Shown: positions 7,852 through 17,405 of the stretch, in pieces
Layout of the letters: each line of letters opens with the position of its first letter
Position numbering within the stretch: the stretch's first letter is position 1
Source of the DNA: Actinomycetota bacterium
GTDB taxonomy: Bacteria > Margulisbacteria > Marinamargulisbacteria > GCA-2716485 > GCA-002719695
NCBI GenBank assembly: GCA_002697535.1
Contig: NZWE01000012.1
Span: 8,713 to 72,712 of the forward strand
Length of the DNA stretch: 64,000 nucleotides
Reading direction: 5' to 3'
The notes under the pieces: generated by a model
What the model was told of the DNA's origin: nothing
Database searches by the model: none
What the model saw: only the letters and a program-made list of their open reading frames with translations
Made by a program: the position numbers and the translations under genes

Positions 7852-10713
7852 TTATATTGGATCAGGAAACCCTAAGACCCATATAGCACCGCTATGATAT
7901 AATTCTGGATATGATGATGGTGCATAACTAACAACGTCTTTCGTGTTATCAAAATCTGTTCCTATATCTGCATGTGATGTCCAAACTGATATACTTAGTC
8001 GATAGGTCGTGTCGTTAGTACAATCACCACCTAGGCATTGGTCACTGGCAATCGCTTTAACATTTTCTAACATTGCTATATTTGTAAACGTGTAAGTTTT
8101 ATTTGCGCCCGATGGCGACTCAAAATCTCCTGAAAATAATGATTTATCTGTATTACAAGTTGCAGAGCCACTTCCACATTGCTTTCCATTTAAGTTTGCT
8201 GTATCGGAAGCTCTAACTAGATCAATACTTAAATAAGTGCCTTCTTTTTTTTCATACATATTTGTTGATAAACTTGTTAAAATCACAAATTTATATCCTA
8301 AATTTGGTAATCCATCTGTATAGATGTCATTCCCATGAATATGTAATTCCATTGTTTTTTGGGGGCCATCACCATTAGCCAAACAGTCACCTTCTGTTTT
8401 TGCATGACTCACGCTTGGTTTTACAAATACATTTGGTTGGGTTAAAGCACTCCCAACTGCAGCGCATTTTAAATAAAACATTTTTCCTATATCGCCTTCA
8501 TAGACACCTGTAAAGGCAACTTCTGCTGTTGGATTTGATAAAAAGTAACCACTTGCTTGTTTATCATCCATAATTAGCTGAGCGTATGATTCAGGGGTAG
8601 TCCCCATTTCCTCAAAATTTCTTTTTGGTATATTTACAAATTTTATTTCACTATTTGTTCCTACATCAATACCACTTGCCAACCTTAATGAGGTATTTCC
8701 TGTTATGCTAATATTCAGTGTTGTTCCATAGGTAGCAATTCCGTAATCGACAATTGAAGTTGTTTCATCAATTTTTACTTCTGCGTCATCTACGTCATAA
8801 TATTGGCCATAAGGTCCGCGCATGAAATCCTCTGTTGCATCAGGGTTGTTCGAATCTTTATAAGGTACAATAAAACTTAAGCGTGCAAATTCACCCATAT
8901 CAGGCCAAAAGTCACTGTCAGCATCGTTGTATCTTTGAATATTAAATAAATTTTCTGTTTTTTCATCTAGGATCTTTAGTACACTAATTTCATATTTTAC
9001 ATCAACATCTATAACAGGGGCTTTTAAAGTTATTGGACTTACGCCATCTGTAAAAATTATAAAATCGCCAGAAGCTGATATACCCGCTAATAATGTATCT
9101 GATGATCCTCCAGAATCTTCAGGTCTAAATATCATGGCATTTTTTTGAAATAGAGGCTTATCAGCAGCTACAAACTCAAGATCGCTATCATCAAACGACT
9201 CAAATTCAGGGGGTGGTACTGGACTAGGAACATTGGGAGATAACTCTCCTCCAGGTAATCCTAAAATAACAATTTGATTTTGTTCACCTTTCGCCTTGAA
9301 ATAAGTCTGCGAGTAAGAATGTTCATTACTTAATTTAAGACACGCTAGCCATGATGATTCTATACTTGATGAAGCTGACTCGTTTCCGTCAATCTTCTGA
9401 TTATCAGCTTCTAACTTTATTACAAGTTGTGTTGTAAGACTAGCCGAAGTTTGGGAAAAGGAACCCTCCATTACTCTTTCTGTTTGCTCTCTTATCTCGC
9501 TTTCCTTATAGTAGACAGCTTCACCATAATCATTATAATATTTTAGTGCTATCCAGGTAGTAACTTTTCCTACTCTGCCAGAACTATTAGGATTTTCTCC
9601 ACTTACAATCCCCATTATCAAAAAATTGTGAGGAACATAACTTATGGTAAATGGCTTACATCCAGGTATGACATCATAACCTGGAGGGTTACCCATATTA
9701 GTAGGGACAACTGTCTCATGAATTTCATTTGCTTCTTGGTACAAAACACCAAAATCTCCTTGAGATGTTAAACTTCCTAATACTTTAAATTTTCCAATAA
9801 CAGTCAGATCTCTCATAACGCGATCCGTATTTACTGAAATTTTTGCACTTGTACTATTCTCATCAGTAAATTCAGGAAATAATGTCATAATTGGCAAATT
9901 GGTTTCCTCATCATTACCAATATATATAGGGTTATTCCCCAATCCCATATGAACAGGCTCTTTTGAAATAACAGCTACATTCTCTGGCATTTCTGTAATT
10001 TTATATCTATTTATTTCAAAACCATTTATCTCACTTCTTGGACCAATCCCCATAAACTCTCTTGCTGAATCACCAACTAATATATAGGCCTCATCAGGGG
10101 AACTTTCTGCTGCATATAAACTTGATTTAGGATCACTATCAAAATGTAAAAAACCACTCAAACCTACAGTATCTTGCCAAAAATTATCTCTATGATCTAT
10201 TACATTGTTTCCTGTTGCAGGGTCATTGAAGGAATTATAATATTCCGTTATTTCTATTGGCAAATCTGCTTCTTCTTCCGTGCCATTTATATCTGGTATT
10301 TCAAACTTTTCCCAACCACCACCAGTTACATCAACAAAACTCTTATTAACTAAAAACCGGGGACATCCATAAAAAAATTCGTTTACGTCGAAATCGCTGG
10401 TACACATTAAATCTTCATCTCCATATGTCATTGCCGTTACTTCATATAATAAAGCTGTGTCCGTTTCACCTTCTATAATAGGCCGAACAAAATTAATACT
10501 TTTTGCTCTATAAGTTTGCCCTATTTCGTTATAGGGTAATGCTTGAATCATAGGTAAGTACTGTTCCGAACTATTTATAGTTGTTGTAGCTTCAAAACCA
10601 CCACCATCACCAAAAATTAATCGATATTCGTCTATAGTTGTGTAACCAGCATAAATACTACTAACACATAGCATACTGATAATATACATTAACAAAAAAA
10701 TTAGTTTCTTCAT
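7852..10713 (-). CDS. large secreted protein of unknown function (953 aa)
   Basis: Signal peptide MKKLIFLLMYIISMLCVSSIYA. Long uninterrupted ORF in an AT-rich genome, with no recognisable domain. Shares a short DCLANxD motif with the downstream 501-aa protein. Confidence 0.75.
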   Translation of the reverse strand: MKKLIFLLMYIISMLCVSSIYAGYTTIDEYRLIFGDGGGFEATTTINSSEQYLPMIQALPYNEIGQTYRAKSINFVRPIIEGETDTALLYEVTAMTYGDEDLMCTSDFDVNEFFYGCPRFLVNKSFVDVTGGGWEKFEIPDINGTEEEADLPIEITEYYNSFNDPATGNNVIDHRDNFWQDTVGLSGFLHFDSDPKSSLYAAESSPDEAYILVGDSAREFMGIGPRSEINGFEINRYKITEMPENVAVISKEPVHMGLGNNPIYIGNDEETNLPIMTLFPEFTDENSTSAKISVNTDRVMRDLTVIGKFKVLGSLTSQGDFGVLYQEANEIHETVVPTNMGNPPGYDVIPGCKPFTISYVPHNFLIMGIVSGENPNSSGRVGKVTTWIALKYYNDYGEAVYYKESEIREQTERVMEGSFSQTSASLTTQLVIKLEADNQKIDGNESASSSIESSWLACLKLSNEHSYSQTYFKAKGEQNQIVILGLPGGELSPNVPSPVPPPEFESFDDSDLEFVAADKPLFQKNAMIFRPEDSGGSSDTLLAGISASGDFIIFTDGVSPITLKAPVIDVDVKYEISVLKILDEKTENLFNIQRYNDADSDFWPDMGEFARLSFIVPYKDSNNPDATEDFMRGPYGQYYDVDDAEVKIDETTSIVDYGIATYGTTLNISITGNTSLRLASGIDVGTNSEIKFVNIPKRNFEEMGTTPESYAQLIMDDKQASGYFLSNPTAEVAFTGVYEGDIGKMFYLKCAAVGSALTQPNVFVKPSVSHAKTEGDCLANGDGPQKTMELHIHGNDIYTDGLPNLGYKFVILTSLSTNMYEKKEGTYLSIDLVRASDTANLNGKQCGSGSATCNTDKSLFSGDFESPSGANKTYTFTNIAMLENVKAIASDQCLGGDCTNDTTYRLSISVWTSHADIGTDFDNTKDVVSYAPSSYPELYHSGAIWVLGFPDPI

Positions 10714-10855
10714 TTTACCTTTTTTTCATAGACTATTTTCCATTTTTTCTTATACTAAAAAAACGTTTATTTTTATTTAAAACTTGTATAGAGATACATA
10801 GTTAAGTGTATCATAACTTTTATTAAATTTTAAAAAGTTTCAATATCATCGTATT

Positions 10856-13777
10856 TTAATTTTCTAATAACCATAAAAAGTCATCAGCAGTTAAAACGTC
10901 ATTTCGATTTACAATGGCACTATCATCTAACAACATATTAAATAAAGCTGCTTTTTTCTCTTTAATTTCTTGTATTTTTTCTTCTATTGAATTATGCATA
11001 ATTAATTTATATGAAAATACACGTTGTTCTTGTCCAATTCGATGAACGCGATCGGTTGCTTGATTTTCTACGGCGGGGTTCCACCATGGATCTAAATGAA
11101 ATACATAACTTGCTTTTGTTAAATTTAATCCTACCCCACCCGCTTTTAAGCTCATTAAAAAGACATTGGGTTCTTTAGATTGTTGGAATTCGTCGATATA
11201 TTGTTTTCGTTTAATAGCAGATACAGATCCATCTAATCTAAAATAAGATAACTTTGATTCTTTACACAAATTTTCTATTATATCCAAACTTTTTATAAAT
11301 TGTGAAAATACTAATACAGAATGACCTTCATCTTTTAATACTTTTAACTTTTCAATCAAAAATGTAAATTTAGGGGTTATTTCAGCAAATGATTCATCAA
11401 TCAAGTAAGGTGATACACAAGCTTGCCTTAATCGCATTAGTGCTGTAAAAACCGTAAAATTCTTTTCTTTTTTCTTCTTAAAATTCGCAACTTGTTTTCT
11501 AATGGCAACCACCAAAGAATTATACATTTTTTCTTGTGCAGGAGACATTGTTAAAAAGATATCTTCTTCTGTCTTGGATTTTAATTCATGACTAATTTGA
11601 TTTTTTAAGCGCCTTAAAACAAAAGGCTTTGACCGCTTTACAATCATGCTTACATGTTGATCTGTAATACTTGATACTAATTGTTTTGAATAAGGAAAAA
11701 ATCCCGGTAAAATGGTATTTAATATTGTCATATATTCACCAACATTATTTTCGATTGGTGTTCCTGTTAAACATAAGCAAAATTCGCGCTTAATTTGTTG
11801 AGCAGCTTTACTTCTGGCAGACATGTGATTTTTAATAAATTGTGCTTCATCAAAAATAGCAACATTAAATTGATGATGTGATAATTTGTTATAATCTCTT
11901 CGTAATAATTCGTATGATGTTATGATGATATCTGCGTCAGGATCAATAGAGCGTGACGGTCCTACATAAATAGATACAACCATATCGATACAAAATCGTT
12001 CAATTTCATGACTCCAGTTATAAATCAAGCTTGGTGGTACTACAATTAAGTGAGGTATTTTTTCTTTTACGCCATGTTTTTTGTCATTTTCTTTAATAGC
12101 AGCTAATAACATCAATGACTGAAATGTTTTTCCTAGCCCCATATCATCCGCCAATACAGCGCCTAACTTATGTTGATATAAAAACATCATCCAATTTAGC
12201 CCATCTTTTTGATATTCTCTTGGTTTTGCATCATTTAGATTAGGCACAGTGATTGGTTTTAATGATTTAAACGACATAAATGATGATATTTTCTTTTCTT
12301 GATCAGTAGATAATGTAATGGAAATACCTGCTGCTTTTAGTTGTACCCAATCTAATAAATGAGAGATTCGTTGAACAGGAAATTCTTCTGTTTTTGGAAA
12401 GGCTTTTTTCTGAAACTCTATCACCTCTAAAATACTTTCACAGTGATTAATTAACACATCATCTAAAACAGAAACATTTTTACCATCAATGTGAGCCCAC
12501 AAATTTGTTTTTAATTCTATTAATTTTTCATATGTTAATAATTCGTCGTTTAATTTTATGATAGGACTATCTTCTACCGTCTCCATATCTGTTAAGTCTA
12601 ACGTTAATGATTTTTTCGCAATTTCTACCTGATGATTTTCATATGTTATCTTGCAATTTAAGTTATCACATAGTTGTTGAAGTAATTTTAAGGATTGATT
12701 AAATTCTTGTTTATCAATTTTCAAGGTCATAATATCATTATCTAAGGATAAATAATTATCAAACAAACACCCTAAAGCAGCCCAAAAGCAAGACTCTTTA
12801 TGATAATCAATTTCACAAACAACCCATTTATTTTTATCTACAAATACTTTATAAATAAGTGATTTATTATCTTTGGCTATAAACGGATTTAATTTTTCTA
12901 TGATTTCTTTATTGATAATTTTTGGTAAAAAATGAGATTTAAGTCTTTCTTTTTGAGTATCACTTGCTTTTGCATAAGAGACGAACCATTTCATTAATTT
13001 ACGTTTTCTCTTTTTTGATAAGTCGAATTGATTTTCTTTTATTTCTGTAAATATTTTAAAAACATGTACGCCTATATCATATTTACTATCCTGATTTTTA
13101 TAATAAAAATTACATAATACAACGTGATTTTTATCATCATAATTTATATTCATAGCTAGCTTTGATTTGATATAATCGGGTTCATGAGCTGTATTATCAA
13201 ATAAGAATGAAACTTTTTTAATATCGGTGAGTGTATCAAAATAAAATAATAGTTGATTAAACTCTTGTGTTTCTAATGGTTTATCTAGAATATCTGCTAG
13301 TCCTTTATAGCCAGATTGTTCTGCTAATAATTTTATACTAGTTGGATTATTGGCATTAATTATTCGACCTAGTACATTCTTTGATTTTAAGTAACAAAAT
13401 TGATTGGATAAAAAGATAACATTCTTACTAGCTCCTTCGGAATGAATTACAACTGACTCGTTTTCATAAGATATGGTAATTTTTTTTTCGTAATTTAAGC
13501 TAGGGTCCCATTTACAATCAATAATATTATGTTTAATTTTTAATTGTAATTTAATCTTTGAGCTATATTTATCTAGTAATGTTATTAATTCTTCTGAAAT
13601 ATCTTTGTGTAGTAAAACATATCGTAAAATTTGTCTTATATCACTTGGTATACCCGATGAATAAGGGCTGATTGCTTTTCCTAGACAGGTGGCTTTTACC
13701 ATTAACCCTTTAAAAGGGTGCTGTTGTAATGTAAAAACAATGTCCTTAATTGAAGCCATTCGTATATTGTAGCACAA
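10856..13777 (-). CDS. SNF2/SWI2-family helicase with uncharacterised ~500-aa N-terminal region
   Basis: Helicase motifs LADDMGLGKT (I), FDEAQFIKN (II), LTGTPIEN (III) and QATDRVHRIGQ (VI) lie in the C-terminal half. The likely true start is MASIKD at 13759. Confidence 0.85.
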   Translation of the reverse strand: MCYNIRMASIKDIVFTLQQHPFKGLMVKATCLGKAISPYSSGIPSDIRQILRYVLLHKDISEELITLLDKYSSKIKLQLKIKHNIIDCKWDPSLNYEKKITISYENESVVIHSEGASKNVIFLSNQFCYLKSKNVLGRIINANNPTSIKLLAEQSGYKGLADILDKPLETQEFNQLLFYFDTLTDIKKVSFLFDNTAHEPDYIKSKLAMNINYDDKNHVVLCNFYYKNQDSKYDIGVHVFKIFTEIKENQFDLSKKRKRKLMKWFVSYAKASDTQKERLKSHFLPKIINKEIIEKLNPFIAKDNKSLIYKVFVDKNKWVVCEIDYHKESCFWAALGCLFDNYLSLDNDIMTLKIDKQEFNQSLKLLQQLCDNLNCKITYENHQVEIAKKSLTLDLTDMETVEDSPIIKLNDELLTYEKLIELKTNLWAHIDGKNVSVLDDVLINHCESILEVIEFQKKAFPKTEEFPVQRISHLLDWVQLKAAGISITLSTDQEKKISSFMSFKSLKPITVPNLNDAKPREYQKDGLNWMMFLYQHKLGAVLADDMGLGKTFQSLMLLAAIKENDKKHGVKEKIPHLIVVPPSLIYNWSHEIERFCIDMVVSIYVGPSRSIDPDADIIITSYELLRRDYNKLSHHQFNVAIFDEAQFIKNHMSARSKAAQQIKREFCLCLTGTPIENNVGEYMTILNTILPGFFPYSKQLVSSITDQHVSMIVKRSKPFVLRRLKNQISHELKSKTEEDIFLTMSPAQEKMYNSLVVAIRKQVANFKKKKEKNFTVFTALMRLRQACVSPYLIDESFAEITPKFTFLIEKLKVLKDEGHSVLVFSQFIKSLDIIENLCKESKLSYFRLDGSVSAIKRKQYIDEFQQSKEPNVFLMSLKAGGVGLNLTKASYVFHLDPWWNPAVENQATDRVHRIGQEQRVFSYKLIMHNSIEEKIQEIKEKKAALFNMLLDDSAIVNRNDVLTADDFLWLLEN

Positions 13778-13889
13778 TTCCCTCTAATTTTCAGAGTTTT
13801 ATAATAGTGGATTTCGAATTACGCTTGAGTTAATTTTACTTAACATTTTTAAATAGCTGCATATTATATCTTTTGTACTGCTAAACTAT

Positions 13890-14927
13890 TTGTTAATCTT
13901 ATTTAATATGAGTGAATCACTTTTTTTAAATGCATGTTATAAAAGAAATAAAGACCGCCCTCCTATTTGGTTTATGAGACAAGCGGGTCGCTATTTACCT
14001 GAATACAGAAAACTACGATCAAAATATTCTTTTCTTGAAATGGTACATACTCCGGATCTTGCTTGTGAGGTAACACTTCAGCCGATTACACGTTTTGGAT
14101 TTGATGCGGCTATTTTATATTCTGATATATTAGTTATTACAGAAGTATTTAATTTATATTTTGATTTTATAGAAGGAAAAGGGCCTCAGTTACGTGATTA
14201 TCATCTAAGTATTACAGAGATTGCTAAAACAGTTTCAAATGAACCTGTAATTGAGACATTATCTTATGTTTATGATGCGATTTCGTTACTTAAATCGTCA
14301 TTGGGGAACAGACCTTTGATTGGCTTTTCAGGTTCACCTTTTACGGTAGCGTGTTACTTAATTGAAAAGCAGAGTTCAAAAACCTTTTCTTCGGTTAAAT
14401 CATTGATTGAGTCTGATCCTAGTTTATTTCATAGTATATTACAGGCATTAACTGAGGTAACGATTACGCATTTAAGTAATCAAATTAAAGCGGGTGTTAA
14501 TGCTGTTCAAATTTTTGATACGTGGGGATCAATGCTAACAGATGATGATTATCATACATTTTCGTTCGATTATATTTATCAGATCGTTCAAGCTGTTCAA
14601 TCGTTTAATGTTCCGATCATTATTTATTCAAAAGATACAGCAAATAAACTACCGTCATTAATTAAGCTTAATACGAATGTTATTAGCGTTGACTGGAATA
14701 GTTCTTTAGATGTTTTACAGCAACAGTATCCAATGATGGCATGGCAAGGCAATTTAAATCCTCATACGTTATTGGAATCACTTCCTGCTGCACTTGAGGA
14801 AACCAAGATGATTTGTGAAACGATGAAGAATTCCCCAGGTTTCATTTTTAATCTTGGCCATGGTATTTTACCTAAAACACCGTTAGAACATGTTGATGCT
14901 ATTGTTAATTATGTTAAACAACTTTAA
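13890..14927 (+). CDS. hemE: uroporphyrinogen decarboxylase
   Basis: PIWFMRQAGRYLPEY signature near the N-terminus. 345 aa. The ATG at 13908 (MSESLF) is the more likely start. Confidence 0.9.
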   Translation: MLILFNMSESLFLNACYKRNKDRPPIWFMRQAGRYLPEYRKLRSKYSFLEMVHTPDLACEVTLQPITRFGFDAAILYSDILVITEVFNLYFDFIEGKGPQLRDYHLSITEIAKTVSNEPVIETLSYVYDAISLLKSSLGNRPLIGFSGSPFTVACYLIEKQSSKTFSSVKSLIESDPSLFHSILQALTEVTITHLSNQIKAGVNAVQIFDTWGSMLTDDDYHTFSFDYIYQIVQAVQSFNVPIIIYSKDTANKLPSLIKLNTNVISVDWNSSLDVLQQQYPMMAWQGNLNPHTLLESLPAALEETKMICETMKNSPGFIFNLGHGILPKTPLEHVDAIVNYVKQL

Positions 14928-15111
14928 TTATTCCCACCTACAATCCTGTAAGATAAACTCCCTATCTTTTTACCTTTAATTTTATTTATTTCTAATATTT
15001 ATCTGATTTTTTTATTTTTTATTTCAGATAAACTTGTTTTGTGATGTTATTTTTTTTAATAGTTAATTTAACATTAACTTTATCGACAAAATAGTCAAAA
15101 AGGATTGATAT

Positions 15112-15453
15112 ATGATAACTAATCATGCAGAAAACACTTTAAGTTCACAAAGTATAGCACAAACTCAACGAGGAATAGCGCCACATGCACCTTATATGCC
15201 AAAGAGAAGTTTTAAAGTAAATGATCTTGCTAGAAAAGTATTTATAGATAAAGAGTATTTACAACAAATTAATCACATTCGTTTCAATGAATCGACAGCT
15301 TCTAGAGAGAGATCTAGACAATCATCTAGAGTAATACCAGCCGTCGAAATACCAGCTCAAACTCAACAATATGCAATACCGGCCACACCTTTATTTGTAC
15401 ACTCCATGCAAAACAGCGATATATATGCTAGCAGAATCAGAGATAATGGTTAG
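15112..15453 (+). CDS. orphan hypothetical protein (113 aa)
   Basis: ATG preceded by a weak AAGGA. Low-complexity S/Q/R-rich sequence with no recognisable motif. Confidence 0.4.
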   Translation: MITNHAENTLSSQSIAQTQRGIAPHAPYMPKRSFKVNDLARKVFIDKEYLQQINHIRFNESTASRERSRQSSRVIPAVEIPAQTQQYAIPATPLFVHSMQNSDIYASRIRDNG

Positions 15454-15565
15454 GAATTAAATTATTATTTTTCAAAAATGTTTTAAGAAAACAGTTTTAA
15501 ATTTTACTATAGTATAGCCTGATAAAAATCTAAAAAAAATATAAGGTCAGAAAAACGAGGCCTAA

Positions 15566-15817
15566 CACAAAATAAACGCCAGCGAAGCGAAGCCTTACAC
15601 AATAAACGCCAGCGAAGCGCTGCGTTACAAAATAAACGCCAGCGAAGCGCTGCGTCACACAAAATAAACGCCAGCGAAGCGCTGCGTTACAAAATAAACG
15701 CCAGCGAAGCGCTGCGTTACACAAAATAAACACTAGCGAAGCGCTGCGTCACACAAAATAAACGCCAGCGAAGCGCTGCGTCACACAAAATAAACGCCAG
15801 CGAAGCGCTGCGTTCGC
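15566..15817. repeat. 8-copy tandem direct repeat, 30/32-bp period, GC-rich core
   Basis: AATAAAC anchors at 15571, 15601, 15631, 15663, 15693, 15725, 15757 and 15789. Consensus is AAAATAAACGCCAGCGAAGCGCTGCGTYACAC. The first copy is degenerate (GCGAAGCGAAGCC) and copy 6 has CACT for CGCC. Confidence 0.95.
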
Positions 15818-15831
15818 CAAAACCAATCTCA

Positions 15832-15961
15832 GGGACTGTCGTAAAATAGTGCTAGGTGGTCATATTTTGGAGTGCAGACTCCCGCGAGCCCGTAGCCTAG
15901 GCGAAGGGTGTGGAGTTAAGCTCCAAAATATGGCCAGATAGCGCTATTTTACGACAGTCCC
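15832..15961. repeat. 130-nt imperfect inverted repeat (long hairpin), possible structured RNA, terminator or MITE-like element
   Basis: Left arm 15832-15882 pairs with right arm 15912-15961, starting with an 18-bp perfect block GGGACTGTCGTAAAATAG. The 29-nt GC-rich apex is CGCGAGCCCGTAGCCTAGGCGAAGGGTGT. The element ends 1 nt from the ferredoxin stop codon. Confidence 0.9.
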
Positions 15962-15962
15962 G

Positions 15963-16217
15963 TTAGTATGTCATTTTTACAGTGCCCGAATTAATCACAC
16001 ACTGACATCCCAACCGTTTGTTGCCTTCCATACCAAGATCTTCTTCTTCCTGATTGATTTCAGATAAATTAGCCATACCATCCAAAACTTCAACTTCACA
16101 CGTACCGCAAACACCGTTACTACATCCAATTGGAACACCAGCTTCTTCAATCGTGTCAGTGATATTTTCACCATCATCAACCTCTATTTCTTCGTCATTT
16201 AAAATTAATTTAGCCAT
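15963..16217 (-). CDS. 2Fe-2S ferredoxin
   Basis: 84-aa acidic protein with the plant-type ligand pattern C-x4-C-x2-C...C (GCSNGVCGTCEVEV ... LGCQC). Confidence 0.8.
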   Translation of the reverse strand: MAKLILNDEEIEVDDGENITDTIEEAGVPIGCSNGVCGTCEVEVLDGMANLSEINQEEEDLGMEGNKRLGCQCVINSGTVKMTY

Positions 16218-16278
16218 TATTTTTCTCCACTATATAGGTTATACCTCAAAAACAGTTTAAAGAAACACTTTTTTATGG

Positions 16279-17388
16279 TCAAGCCATAACCTGTGATTTA
16301 GATTGATTTGTTGCTTGAAACGTTTTCATAAAGTTAATTAATGCTTCGACACCTTCTTTTGGGTGAGCATTATAAATTGAGGCACGAAGCCCACCAACTG
16401 AACGGTGACCTTTTAAGCCACTCAACCCTTGATTTTCAGCTTGTTGAAAAAACTCTTTTTCTTTTTCTTCAGTATCATTTAAACGAAATACAACATTCAT
16501 AAGAGAACGATCTTTTTTGTCTACGGGGCAATAATAATAATCACTAGAATCGATAGCATCGTAGAGCATACTTGCTTTTTTGTCGTTATTTTTTTCGATA
16601 GCATCTAAACCGCCCTGTTGTTTAATCCAGTCTATAACAGAAGAGATAATATAAATCCCAAAAGTGGGGATAGTATTGTATAAGGAATTACTATCAACAA
16701 ACGAATTATAATTTAACATTGATGGCAAATTATTAGGGGAACGATCTAATAGATCTTTACGAATTATTACGATAGTAACGCCAGCAGGTCCGATATTTTT
16801 TTGTGCGCCTGCAAAAATAATTCCAAACTTTGACACATCCAGTTTTCTGGACAAGATATCAGAAGACATATCAGCTACTAAAGGAACTGTGTTCGTGTTA
16901 GGAAATTGCTTAAACTGAGTTCCGAAAATGGTATTATTGGAACACATGTAAAGAAAAGAGGCATTTTGGTCAATTTGATCATCATTGATAGTGGGGATAT
17001 AAGAGAAGTTTTTATCTTCTGATGATGCAACAACATCACATTCTGATTGCTTTTTAATTTCTTTTAAAGCTTTTTTACTCCAAATCCCTGTATTAATTAA
17101 GGATACTTTTTTTCCTTCTTGGGCGATATTAAGGGGTACCATAGAAAACTGAAGGGATGCTCCGCCTTGCAAAAATAAAATATCGTGAGTATCAGGTACA
17201 GATAAAAGGTCTTTAATACCTGATTTAGCATTATCTAGAACCGCTTCAAAGATCTTACTTCGGTGCGACATTTCCATAATAGACATACCTTGATCTTGGA
17301 AATTTAATAGTTCTTGTTGAGCTTTTTCTAGTACATGAAGAGGTAGAGTTGCTGGCCCAGCGCTAAAATTAAAAATACGTTTTGACAT
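16279..17388 (-). CDS. serC: phosphoserine aminotransferase
   Basis: N-terminal FNFSAGPATLP, class-V aminotransferase length (369 aa) and SerC-like sequence throughout. Confidence 0.9.
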   Translation of the reverse strand: MSKRIFNFSAGPATLPLHVLEKAQQELLNFQDQGMSIMEMSHRSKIFEAVLDNAKSGIKDLLSVPDTHDILFLQGGASLQFSMVPLNIAQEGKKVSLINTGIWSKKALKEIKKQSECDVVASSEDKNFSYIPTINDDQIDQNASFLYMCSNNTIFGTQFKQFPNTNTVPLVADMSSDILSRKLDVSKFGIIFAGAQKNIGPAGVTIVIIRKDLLDRSPNNLPSMLNYNSFVDSNSLYNTIPTFGIYIISSVIDWIKQQGGLDAIEKNNDKKASMLYDAIDSSDYYYCPVDKKDRSLMNVVFRLNDTEEKEKEFFQQAENQGLSGLKGHRSVGGLRASIYNAHPKEGVEALINFMKTFQATNQSKSQVMA

Positions 17389-17405
17389 CTTTATTTATTC
17401 TCCTT

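Noticed and set aside
15530-15733. Track ORF (minus strand, 67 aa) MFILCNAALRWRLFCNAALRWRLFCVTQRFAGVYF...
   Set aside because: It is a read-through of the tandem array. The 30- versus 32-bp unit lengths make the same DNA repeat translate in different frames (NAALRWRLFC, then VTQRFAGVYF), so there is no conserved peptide repeat. There is also no SD.
15566-15817. A possible CRISPR array, since the ~30-bp repeats are partly palindromic.
   Set aside because: The units are directly adjacent with no unique spacers. The whole 30/32-bp period is the repeat, and there are no cas genes in the window.
15832-15961. Identifying the long hairpin as SRP (4.5S) RNA or 6S RNA.
   Set aside because: The conserved SRP domain IV elements (GGAA-type tetraloop with flanking AGCAGCC and GGUC(A/C)GG motifs) are absent on both strands. 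The arms are too perfectly paired and too short for a typical 6S RNA with a central bubble.
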